From positions 7,998,001 to 8,062,000 of the forward strand of contig OZ004609.1 of the NCBI GenBank assembly GCA_963924565.1: 64,000 nucleotides of DNA, written 5' to 3'. Positions 44,101 through 52,522 of this stretch are shown here, piece after piece. Under the pieces are notes generated by a model. The model had not been told where the DNA came from. It ran no database searches and worked only from the letters and a program-made list of their open reading frames with translations. Source of the DNA: Ascidiella aspersa (lineage: Eukaryota). Each line of letters starts with the position of its first letter. Position 1 is the stretch's first letter. Position numbers and translations under genes: made by a program.

Positions 44101-47100
44101 TGGTAGTCGCATCAATATATAACGTAATTCTTTTTCTTTGCATTGTACTAAAGGTGCTTTTCCATCTCGGTGTTTATTATTAAAGAAATGCTCGATGCAT
44201 CTGTCGAGAAATTCCAACGGATATCCGTTACGTAGTAACATTAGTTTGATCTTGCTAATGTCCACATGGATGACTTTATAGGAGTAGGAGGCGATACTTT
44301 AAGCGTAATGGATAACTATAACATTTATAGTGGTGTAACAGGGCTTCCAAATGTATTGTTTTTTATGTGTGTAATGTACACTTGCTGTTCGTATTGTCAA
44401 CGTGCCGCTTTAAACGCGCTACCATGAATCTAAACAGTTACACAAATATTGGACGCAGGTTGCGGGAAGCCGGTGATTCTTCCGCGAACAAGTTCGTCGT
44501 TTGGTGGCTCTACTGAGCTCGGATCCCTGCAAATCTCGGTTTCTCCAGTGAGCGCCCGAAGATCGAACAACCAGGTGCGATAATGAGCGGGTTAACTGGT
44601 TATTGCTGACGATAAAGTTAGCAGGAAACTTTGAGTACTCGTCAGTACGACCTGGTTGACAATAATTAGTATATCATTAAAATCTTAACAAGTCTTAGTT
44701 ATTGGCACTGATCGGGGAACGTCATTACCAAATTTTTACAGTGTGAACTTAACTCCGATTTTTTGCCGAAAAAGAATCCGAACAAATACTACAATATAGG
44801 CCAACACAGCGTTAAGTCTAAAAACGAAATAAATATGTTTTATTTTAAGAAATAAAAATAATATATTTTTGCGGTTTAATCTATACTTAAAAATTGTGGA
44901 CGAAATAGCCATCTTTAATTCCATCATTCGAAAAATTGACTGAGCTTTACAATAACATTGATTTTCAATCGGTGTTAGTTTAATTTTCACTGACGTAAGG
45001 ACCCTTGCAAGGTAAAAGTCGATCTTAATTCCTGATCAGTAACAGCAAAATACTCTAGCAAAGCTAGTAATTCAGGTCAGACACAATTAACAGATCGTAA
45101 AAGATGTACATATATTTCGTTTAAAAAGGCATCGTAACACGTCAGTATATGTTAATTCGAATGAATCTCAACTTAAAATCTCAAGTTGGCCTCTCTGCCA
45201 ATAGTCACTAACTACTCGTGGTACATCAGTCAAATTAAAAAATTCTTACATCGGTCAAAAAAAACAAAAAACACGGGTTATAAATGACTGTTATTGTAAA
45301 GCTAATCACTTTTCACAAAACAAAAGGCTAGCTTTCAGCATTACAGAAGTCAAGATAAATCCCCCCAAATATATTTCGTTCATCTAAGTTGGACTCTTTG
45401 CCTATAGTTGTTAACCTTGAAAGCTTTTTTCTGCAGAGTCGCACAAACTACTCGGCGATTGCGAGTCCGCGTCGCGTCGCCCAACTTCCTTCCCAGCAAG
45501 TGAAACGAATCCGACTCCCGAACCTCCGTTGGTCCAAACTCCCACAGCTGAGCACAGGTATCCGGACCGAGATCAGGATGATACCGAACCGGGGACTTGG
45601 TCATCCGGCTGAGATCGTGCCGAGCCGAAGGAGGAGGGGTCTTCCGTGGGAGGAGCGCAGAGAGGGACATTGGGGAAGAGAAGAAGAGCAACGGAAGAGC
45701 CACGAGGTTGGGGAAGATGAGGAGAATGAGCAAGAGGAGAGGCAGGAGCGCAAAGAGGAACACAGTGATCGCGAAGAAGAGCAAAGGAAGAGCGAGGAAG
45801 ATGTAGAAGATCAAGAAGATGAGAAAGAGGAAAGAGAGGATCGGGAAGATAATGAAGATGACAAAGATAATCCAAGAGAAGATGAGGATGTTGAAGAAGA
45901 AGAAGAAGAAGACGAACAACCTAGCAACCGTCGCCATTCCAGACCCCGCGGCTTCACCAGCATTCTTTGGCGTTTCATCCGACCGGTCCGCAAGTCGGTG
46001 AGGAAGGTTCCCATCGTTATCACCACCAGGAAGCCCATCGTCAACATCCGGATGTTCGGCCGTAGACCGCGTCCAACTCCTCCGCGGATGTCACGACGGC
46101 CGGAGCCGATCCCGACCTGGCAGTGGAGGCTGATCCGAAGCTCGCTGAACCGCGACAGGACCGCAACCAGGTCAAACATAGAAACCTAAAGTCTTGTTGA
46201 AATCTTCAAAGCACGAATTATTTAAGAACAGTTGTTTCCAAATTTTCTCGGGACACCCGAGCCAAATTAGAATATTGTAAACATCTCGCGACACACACGA
46301 CACAGACCACTAAGTTTTGTTGAAACTCCAAAGCACGAGTTGTTCTAGAACTGTGGTTCCCCAACTTTTTAGTGTTAAACAAATCACAGTACTGTGAACA
46401 TCTCGCAACACACAGAAAACGAGGTCGTAAGTTTGAACCTCATTACAGGCTAGTTTCACGATTAGGATGCATAAGGCAACGGTGAAATGGTATGTTTAAG
46501 GTCATGCGTTTAATAGGAAGAAAATCGGGTTAATGAATTGTATCAGTGTATGAATTGATAACAATGTTATAATAACTTAGTTTTTATTAAATTTAGTCCA
46601 TCATATACAGTCTGTTTAAATTACCATACTGCCAATTAATCAGCTATTTGTCTAATTTGCCAGAAATTGCTCGTTGTAGAGTTTAAGGCCCTTTAATGTA
46701 AATGAATTTCGTAAAACGGACGAAAAAAAATAACGTGACGACCTATACATTGCGAACTGCTGTTCTAGAACATGTAAAGCATAACATATTGTTAGGCACT
46801 GATCGATTAGTGAATAAATTTGGAGTGATTGCTGACAGATTAATATCTAAAGTTGCTATTTAAATATTAGAGCATCAAGGTATGGTTGGACATTGAAATC
46901 CACATTATAACAACACCATCATAAGAATGGACCTCTAAATCATCCTAAAACATTTTGTTTTTAAAGTATCGTTTTGACGCCTTTGTTATCACTTTATTTC
47001 TGATACCCACGGGTTAAATACAAACAACCATCAGAGGTAGATGATTTCAACTAGTAACTTCGAAAATTATATTTCAGGGGGAACCTGCTATACAGGATCA

Positions 47101-50100
47101 AGCGTTCGGCCTTGAAAAAGATAAGCGGTGGTAATAAAGCAAAAGCACACAGTTGGCCATGGCAGGTAATTTTGTTAACATTTAATGGTTGTTATTAATC
47201 TTTGCTCGTAGTAGTATTCATTTTGTTTAAAACTTGTGATTTGAGGAAACTGTTGAAAGACAAATTGGAAAGGCTTTTAAAAGGACATTTTTACATTAGG
47301 TAATAATAAAACCACTTTACAAGGCAAAAATGAAAAGATTTCCCAAACAGCATTTTCAAATATCTTTACTTCTAGGCGCACTGTTTGCAAATTTTATTAA
47401 CTCGATTGAGCCTTGCACTTTTAGCGTGACCGTTGAATCTCGATTTCCCAGTGTTGTAAACAAATCATTTCAAAAAGAAGTAAGTTCCAGTCAAGCTAAT
47501 TGCAAAACAACTTAAGTCAAAGCAAATTCGTTTGCAAAAACTAGTCAAGTTCTATTCCAAATCCAGAAGTAAAGTCCTTTTTAAAGCAAGTCAACGTCAG
47601 GTCAAGTTGTTGACACTAAAGTAAAACGATAAGCTATTAAAATTGGTAGCCTTTTTCAATAATGAACATTACCTCAATCGAAAATCACTTAAGTCAATTC
47701 ATTGATTTGAATCATTACAACACATCCATTTTCAGTCGCTAAACCCACAGGGACTAAATATTACAACCCAGACCCTGCAAGTCTCTCAACCATTTTGCGA
47801 TTTTCGTGTAGGTCGCCTACTACGTATCTGACACCAACACTAAAACCATTTACTTTTGCGGAGGAACGCTTATCCATCGCTACTGGATTCTTACAGCCGC
47901 GCATTGCCCGACATTGTAAGTGAGCCTTTGTTTTGAGTCGACCCATTTTGTGTTTTTTTTTTTCGGCATATAAATGTAATTTATAAATTTACTTAACTTC
48001 ATTATTGCAGGATCTCAACAATAGGAATATTCGTATATTATGACGCTATAATGGGTATACCAACATTTAAGTGTAGCCTACATAACTAGTGGCCTGTTTT
48101 ATGTAAACGACTGTAAGAGTAAACCGAAAAAACTTCTGCTTGCATGTCGTGCCGAATCATTATACAGCCTAATTATTTCTATACTTTAAATAAAAGTTGA
48201 TCTGTTCTGAGCAATCTACATAAGCGTGAAACATTTTGAACTTAGTTCGTTAGTTTTAACCTAGTTAAAAAATGGCGCTGGTATACAATCCTACCGCAAT
48301 GCACATCATTTGGGTTAGGGGTGCGAGTTAGTGTTTGAGTTGGGTTAAAGTTTAAGTAATATTGGTAAATAAAAATACTTGTCCTACACTCACACAAACA
48401 TTAACAGACACCCTAACCCAAATAATGTGCGTTTGTTTCAACACTGTGCTAGGATTGGCGCCAAAAGTTTTAACCTAGTAAATTAGTTTTACTCTAGTAA
48501 ATTAGTTTTAACCTAGTAAAATGCCCTTAAATTTACTTATATTCAATTTGCATTGCAGAGGCGATGATCACTCGGTGGTGGTCGGAGCTCATGACATTTA
48601 TGACGTGGATGGCAATGCACAGGAGGTCAAGGTCGACGTGGTTTACATCAATAAGGTTTACCAGTTCTCCGAAGATTTGGTCGGCGACATTGCTCTTGTC
48701 AAGCTCCGGTGAGAACTTGTGCAGTCAATCATGACCTCATATTGCTGTTTTTTTTACGGTAGTGCCCGGGGATTTTGTGACTATAAATGACTGTCGTAAT
48801 AATTTATTTAAATAAAGGAGAATTTTTGGTTTAATCCAGCCTGAATGCAAGGTTATATTTAAAGGGATCTTTCTCTATGTATTTCAAGAATATCATACTT
48901 ATTTTCAAACGATTGTGAGCTTCTCGTGTCTGTTGTTGGTATTTTCTGTTGTGTTCCAACAAGTTAAGTTGAACAACTTTTAATAGCATTGTAAAAACAA
49001 GATTTCATTTTTTTTAATTGAAACAGAACATCTTGACAAATACGTTTTTCCAAATTTTCTACTCATCATAGCAATACTTATCACAATTCAATCGGTCGGT
49101 GGTGTAGAATCCCATAAAAGTGATCACTGGGTTTCTAAATTGTAGATCATACGTCTTTAGGAATACATTGAATTGTAACGCAACGATGTTACTAACCTCG
49201 AGTTATTCACAAGTGCAGTTCGCTTTCTCACAGTTGAGTTTGCGATGAAGGACGTTATTACAATTAAACGAACTCGGGTTGTCCGATACGTGAATTTTAT
49301 TCTGATTCCGATACCCGCTTATTTGAAAAAAATTAACGCAATCCAATCCGGTACCAGAATGAATCAGGTCAAACAAGCAAAATTGATCAAATTGAAACTT
49401 TCAAATGTTATTTTTTCCAAATTGTTTGGCCCCCCCCAAAAGTTTACATTAGCGTTAATACGTTAAGTTATTCCATATTGTCAACTTACTTTGTTTAGAT
49501 ATAATATACGTTTATAGAATAGCAGCGTTAGTTTGCAAATCATGAGTGAAAATCGTATATTTGGGCACCAATATCAATCAAGTATCGGACAAGTACCGAA
49601 ACTTCTACTGATCGAGTATCGCTAAACCAGGGTTTTTTTAACTGGGGTCCATGAACCCCTTGGGGCTCCTTGGACTAGTTTTAGGGGTTCTATGAATCCC
49701 TAATTTAACTATTAGTGTATGCTTGAAAAGTAATCATTTTTTAAAAGAAAAAGTGTAGTTAAAAATAAAACCTTTTCGCACTGATTGAATATTTAGACTC
49801 TATTTCACTTTTAAATATTTTGGGCTGATAATAGCAGATTCCTAAAAATTATTTCTATTCTGACGTCAATTTATGACGTCTTCGTATACATTTTCTTTCC
49901 CACCGTGGTCCACGCAAAGCAAAAAATTATAGAGGTACGCGGTAAAAAAATTTTAAGAACCCCTGCTCTAAACGGAGATATCGTGACGTCACGTTTGTTT
50001 CCAGATACCCTGTGGTGACGACGAATGCGGTCCAGCCGGCGTGCTTGCTCAACATGGATGACGAGCGGTTCGGGCCAGGTCACGTGTGTGCCACAACTGG

Positions 50101-52292
50101 CTGGGGAAGAACCGAAGCCCACGGTAATTACAATTTTGAAATGTGGATGTGGTACGCGGTCGTCAATAATTTCATCCATTTTTTTAACTAAATGCTCAAA
50201 CTTAAAGTAAACATTTAGACAACCAAAGTTTGTTGTTTTAAAACTGTTTTGATTCATCCACTGCAATAGAGCTTCTACCAAATTGGTTTAAACCATTAAA
50301 AGATTGGCTGTGGATTTGTTAAACTTGCTTGCTTGCTTGGTTCCTAACATCCGTGAGAATTCTATTTTTCGTGACCGAAATTTAGTGGTTTCAACAAACT
50401 AATGGACAGGTTAATATTGTCTGTAAAAAAGATACAGCAGCAAGTTTGAATTATTATTAACAAGCAATTTAATGTACGTCACCCTTGTGTCGTTCTCGCT
50501 GATGAAATTCTAGTTCGTGACCAAGGCTATAAAAAGGTTCGCCTTACCTAGGCTATGGCTAAAACAGAATCACCAAAATAGATTGATATAGCCGGATGTC
50601 GTGAGTTCGAACCTCACTGAAGGCTAGTTGTTTTTCTAGCCTGCCCTGCTTGCATCATTAATCGACAGATTCGAAGAGTCTGGAATAGGTTTCGTAGTGA
50701 AGTGAAGGCGCGTAAGCCGTTGTCGTTGATCAAAAAGCAGCTTCAGAAGGGCTAGATCCCAGTTGTTGATCAGATATGTGTCTGTTTCCTTTATTGAAAT
50801 ATGATATGATACTTTAGATCTCGTTCAATGTGAAGTTGCTTGTTCTTACAGAATGTAGCAAGTATTGGAGTATGGTTGTTTTGCAAATCGCTCTTCTCCG
50901 AGCCTGTGTAGCTCAGTCGGTTTAATTACCGGTATGGCATAACGGCGTGAGTTCGATATATGTGTGTATCAAATCAGAATTATGTTTCTGCAGCTGCAGG
51001 AGTTGAACAGATCCTTCGCCAGGGCGAGGTTCCCATTATCAGCCACGAGATCTGCCAGACCAAGTTCTGGTCCGACTACGTCATTCACGATTCCATGGTT
51101 TGTGCGGGAGCGACCGGCGCCAACACGTGCTTGGTAAGATGATCATGACAGCTTTAAATATATTTGTAACATATTGTTTCCTTTATAAGATAACTTAAAC
51201 AAATATTGTAAATTTAATTGTTCAAAATGACCTTTTCAAGGTTTAGATGACACTTGCTCTGGCGGTATTCACGTTAATATAATAAAAATAAAGTGTTTGG
51301 TAATATTTTCTTGTCACAATCAACAATTTTTAAAAAGTTAAAATATTTGTTTATATTCATAAGTCTTTCAAATAGTACACCAGAAGCCATCGCAGACTAA
51401 CCGAGTATGCCGATGAATGATACAAGCAAGGCAGGCTAGAAAAACAACTATAGCCTGCAGTGAGGTTCAAACTCACGACCCCCGGTCATACCGGGTCCGT
51501 CGCTCAACCAACTGAGCTATACAGGCTCAGAGGAGCTAAATAATCATAAGGCGTCAAATTTGAATTTGATTGGTGATCCTTTTCAAATTGTCAAAAATTG
51601 TTAAGCTATTAAATTACGTTAAAATAATTCATTATTGCGAAAAACAATAAACCGCATTCTGTACCAGAAGTTTAAGTGTTGTAAACTAGGTTTTCGACCT
51701 AAGTCCCGGTCAAGTCATTTTCAAAATTAGTAAGTCAAGTCTTAAGCAAAATCATTGCCATAACCGGAAAATTTCAAGTCACATCGTATGGTCATATAAA
51801 ATAATTGTTATACGGCACACGTTTCATTCTAAGCAATATTTGGCATGGCAAACATGAAAAATGAAACCAACAGCAAGACAACTTTTTTTAATATATATTT
51901 CACAACCAAAAAAGTTTCTCATCGCACCTCTTGTTTATTTAGTGAATTGGTCTTACCAACACTTTACACTATCGAGACTTCAGAATGTTTTTTCAAGTGT
52001 CGTCAGATTTGTTTTTGACTGTCGCTGCTTTTGCATATTATAATGCTGCTTCTAGTGGTATTGGAAATGCTTTATTCTTACTGCCATATATACCTAACAA
52101 CCTGCTATTTTGGGACAGGGCGATTCGGGAGGTCCGTTGATGTGCAAACGGAAGGACAAGTACTACCTGGTGGGCATCACCAGCTGGGGAGACACGAAAT
52201 GCAAGGCGACCATTCCTGGCATTTACACGCGCGTGCAGAGCTACTTCCAGTGGATTAACAAGATCATTAACTCGAAAAAATGCACACCCTGA
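11166..52292 (+). CDS. Secreted mosaic serine protease (signal peptide - 5x MAM - LDLa - long activation segment - S1A protease), about 1545 aa. Coding exons: 11166-11247, 12421-12603, 15300-15411, 16244-16445, 19427-19514, 20430-20570, 22680-22794, 23635-23803, 24374-24587, 31555-31689, 33289-33463, 35316-35494, 36316-36396, 37035-37166, 37421-37552, 38259-38404, 38951-39050, 40385-40522, 40923-41030, 41300-41481, 43280-43478, 44459-44574, 45437-46170, 47078-47165, 47812-47915, 48559-48708, 50005-50123, 50994-51133, 52119-52292
   Basis: All introns are GT-AG with compatible phases; the summed CDS is 4638 nt and open throughout. Signal peptide [21 protein letters not shown]; five MAM repeats (CxF..CxW, TGP..DH, HMxG-like, DIA/DVAxDD); LDLa (FQC..C...C....DCGDGSDE..C); protease motifs ISGG...SWPWQV, CGGTLI, LTAAHC, DIALVKL, GWG, GDSGGP, PGIYTRV. 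Confidence 0.85.
11260..11427. mobile_element. Hairpin-plus-tail mini-element, family A (copy just after the exon-1 donor)
   Basis: Matches the 30657-30834 element (TGTTGAAAATGAATAAAGAGTTATTCGAAACGTTCAAAATGATACCTACTTCTG...ACTACAACCTCCAA); flanked by AGGTAAAAA direct repeats. Confidence 0.7.
12710..12931. mobile_element. Long hairpin element with tail and GAAACGTC core
   Basis: Inverted repeat TTTCAATAAAAATATGAAAACCATAATATTCGA..CGACATGTCGGAA / TTCCGATATGTCG..TCGAATATTATG..ATATTTTTATTGAAA; the centre reads CTGAAACGTCTGAAACGTC on the minus strand. Confidence 0.6.
15070..15259 (-). mobile_element. Hairpin-plus-tail mini-element, family A (reverse orientation, diverged)
   Basis: Reverse-complement tail GAGCATATTGGTTGGATGTTGTAG, then the family A hairpin; near-TSD TATTGTCTTTA / TATTTTCTTTA. 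Confidence 0.65.
18661..18750. mobile_element. Hairpin-plus-tail mini-element, family C
   Basis: Perfect 26-bp stem (18693-18718 / 18725-18750), 32-nt unpaired tail, 11-bp TSD TTATACCGCTA (18650-18660 / 18751-18761); related fragment at about 16573-16620. Confidence 0.7.
20430..24587 (+). other. MAM domain 2 plus linker (exons 6-9)
   Basis: [12 protein letters not shown]...TGPDRDHT / YMYAEAS / WYHMHG / [11 protein letters not shown]. Confidence 0.85.
24687..24881 (+). mobile_element. Hairpin-plus-tail mini-element, family B, containing a minimal hammerhead ribozyme motif
   Basis: About 46-bp inverted repeat (24722-24767 / 24835-24881), 35-nt tail, 13-bp TSD CTTCCTAGAAGAA (24674-24686 / 24882-24894). 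Confidence 0.75.
24799..24836 (+). ncRNA. Minimal type I hammerhead ribozyme motif (Penelope/retrozyme type)
   Basis: GAC-CTGATGA-A-GCAC[GGTT]GTGC-GAAA-GCTT-GTC: CUGANGA and GAAA cores, 4-bp stem II, stem I GAC/GTC extended by G-U pairs, palindromic AAGCTT in place of stem III. Confidence 0.65.
30657..30834. mobile_element. Hairpin-plus-tail mini-element, family A (best-preserved copy)
   Basis: About 70-bp near-perfect inverted repeat, 34-nt tail, 15-bp direct repeat CTAAAAGGACACTAA at 30642-30656 and 30835-30849; further fragment at about 23830-23895. Confidence 0.8.
31120..31481. mobile_element. hAT (Charlie/Buster-type) MITE
   Basis: TIR CAGCGGTTCTCAACC / GGTTGAGAACCACTG; perfect 8-bp TSD GTCTAGAG (31112-31119 / 31482-31489). 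Confidence 0.9.
31555..36396 (+). other. MAM domain 3 plus Pro/Ser linker (exons 10-13)
   Basis: [12 protein letters not shown]...TGPEHDHT / YYMFTEAS / [10 protein letters not shown] / SDIAVDDV..C. Confidence 0.85.
34715..34911. mobile_element. hAT MITE (diverged)
   Basis: TGGTGGTCCTCAAACTGGGGTCCGCG ... AAAAAGTTTGAGAGCCACTG termini. Confidence 0.65.
37035..39050 (+). other. MAM domain 4 (exons 14-17)
   Basis: [13 protein letters not shown]...TGPLKDH / FAFIEAS / [10 protein letters not shown] / [10 protein letters not shown]. Confidence 0.85.
37927..38162 (+). mobile_element. tRNA-derived SINE
   Basis: A-box-like TAACTCAGTTGA, B-box-like GAGATCGAACC, conserved body CAGGCTAGTTGTTTTTCTAGCCTG...GCAGCTTCATAAGGGCTAGATC and a (TG)n tail; the body recurs at about 50590-50785 and on the minus strand at about 51410-51535. 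Confidence 0.75.
41515..41692. repeat. Tandem repeat, about 3 copies of a 67-68-bp unit
   Basis: CCGATAATATCG(G/T)AT..A...CGATA.C.G.TGTCAA.TTA recurs at about 41515, 41583 and 41651. Confidence 0.75.
41693..42041. mobile_element. hAT-like MITE rich in AAGTC subterminal repeats
   Basis: TIR CAGCGTTGTAA / TTACAACACTG, near-TSD CAATTTAT / CAATGTAT; related copies at about 47449-47724 and from about 51675. Confidence 0.7.
42910..43070. mobile_element. Fold-back derivative of the Penelope-like element terminus with a decayed hammerhead
   Basis: Inverted repeat CTTGATACTGAATTGG..GGTCGAGTAGATC / GATCTACTCGAC..TTCATTATCAAG; shares TAGATCGAC..CATCTTGAT..GACGTTTC with 43554-43583; loop CTAAAGATGATACAAG...GGAAACGTC. 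Confidence 0.65.
43545..44275 (-). pseudogene. 5'-truncated, decayed Penelope-like retroelement (RT C-terminal region plus GIY-YIG endonuclease) in intron 21 of the protease gene
   Basis: LLRNGYP..F...[19 protein letters not shown] / [21 protein letters not shown] (GIY-YIG); one in-frame stop at 43980-43978 and a frameshift near 43905; 3' hammerhead motif. Confidence 0.88.
43571..43612 (-). ncRNA. Minimal type I hammerhead ribozyme of the Penelope-like element
   Basis: Minus strand reads ATTAA-CTGAAGA-G-GATAC[AAGTTC]GTATC-GAAA-CGTC-TTGAT: cores intact, 5-bp stem II, 5-bp stem I, palindromic ACGT stem III, GUC cleavage triplet. Confidence 0.75.
48274..48462. mobile_element. Second, diverged copy of the Merlin-like fold-back MITE
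   Basis: GGCGCTGGTATACAATCCTACC...TTTGGGTTAGG...CCCTAACCCAAA...TAGGATTGGCGCC, homologous to 3344-3545. Confidence 0.75.
49628..49965. mobile_element. hAT MITE
   Basis: TIR CAGGGTTTTTTAA / TTAAGAACCCCTG; near-TSD CGCTAAAC / CTCTAAAC. Confidence 0.75.
50590..50785 (+). mobile_element. tRNA-derived SINE copy (5'-truncated)
   Basis: GTCGTGAGTTCGAACCTCACTGAAGGCTAGTTGTTTTTCTAGCCTG...GGGCTAGATC, homologous to 37927-38162; a separate head fragment lies at about 50899-50958. Confidence 0.7.
51410..51535 (-). mobile_element. tRNA-derived SINE copy, minus strand
   Basis: Reverse complement reads GAGCCTGTATAGCTCAGTTGG...CCGGTATGACCGGGGGTCGTGAGTTTGAACCTCACTGCAGGCTA. Confidence 0.75.
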
Positions 52293-52516
52293 TCACACCT
52301 TGAACGCATCGGTTCTGTGTCTCGTTTGGTGCGCGACATCGCCCCGCTTTCGTTAATTTTCCTTGTAAAGTCAGCTTTCGCTTTTCCCCGTTTTGTAAAA
52401 GTTTCTCTGTGTTGAGCCCTCGTGCTATCGGTAATTTTTTTTATCCGTCTTTGCGTCGTGTTTTGCTTTTTTATTTATTTGAGCGCCTTTTATTTAAGCG
52501 TCCGCGTACATTGTTC

Positions 52517-52522
52517 AATAAA
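52517..52522 (+). terminator. Polyadenylation signal of the protease gene
   Basis: First AATAAA downstream of the stop at 52292, after a T-rich 3' UTR. Confidence 0.55.

Larger units (their letters stand above)
47078..52292 (+). other. Trypsin-fold (S1A) serine protease domain (exons 24-29), predicted chymotrypsin-like S1 pocket
   Basis: KK|ISGG N-terminus; His57 in TAAHC (about 47902), Asp102 in GDIAL (about 48686), Ser195 in GDSGGP (about 52125); ANTCLGDS places Asn at 189; Gly216 and Gly226 present. Confidence 0.9.

Noticed and set aside
43478-45437. Direct splicing of the LDLa exon to the acidic exon
   Set aside because: Phase mismatch gives an early stop; the intervening exon 44459-44574 (GCGKPVILP...) restores the frame.
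45380-45937. 185-aa very hydrophobic minus-strand ORF resembling a membrane protein
   Set aside because: It is the antisense shadow of the GAA/GAG/GAT-rich acidic exon on the plus strand.
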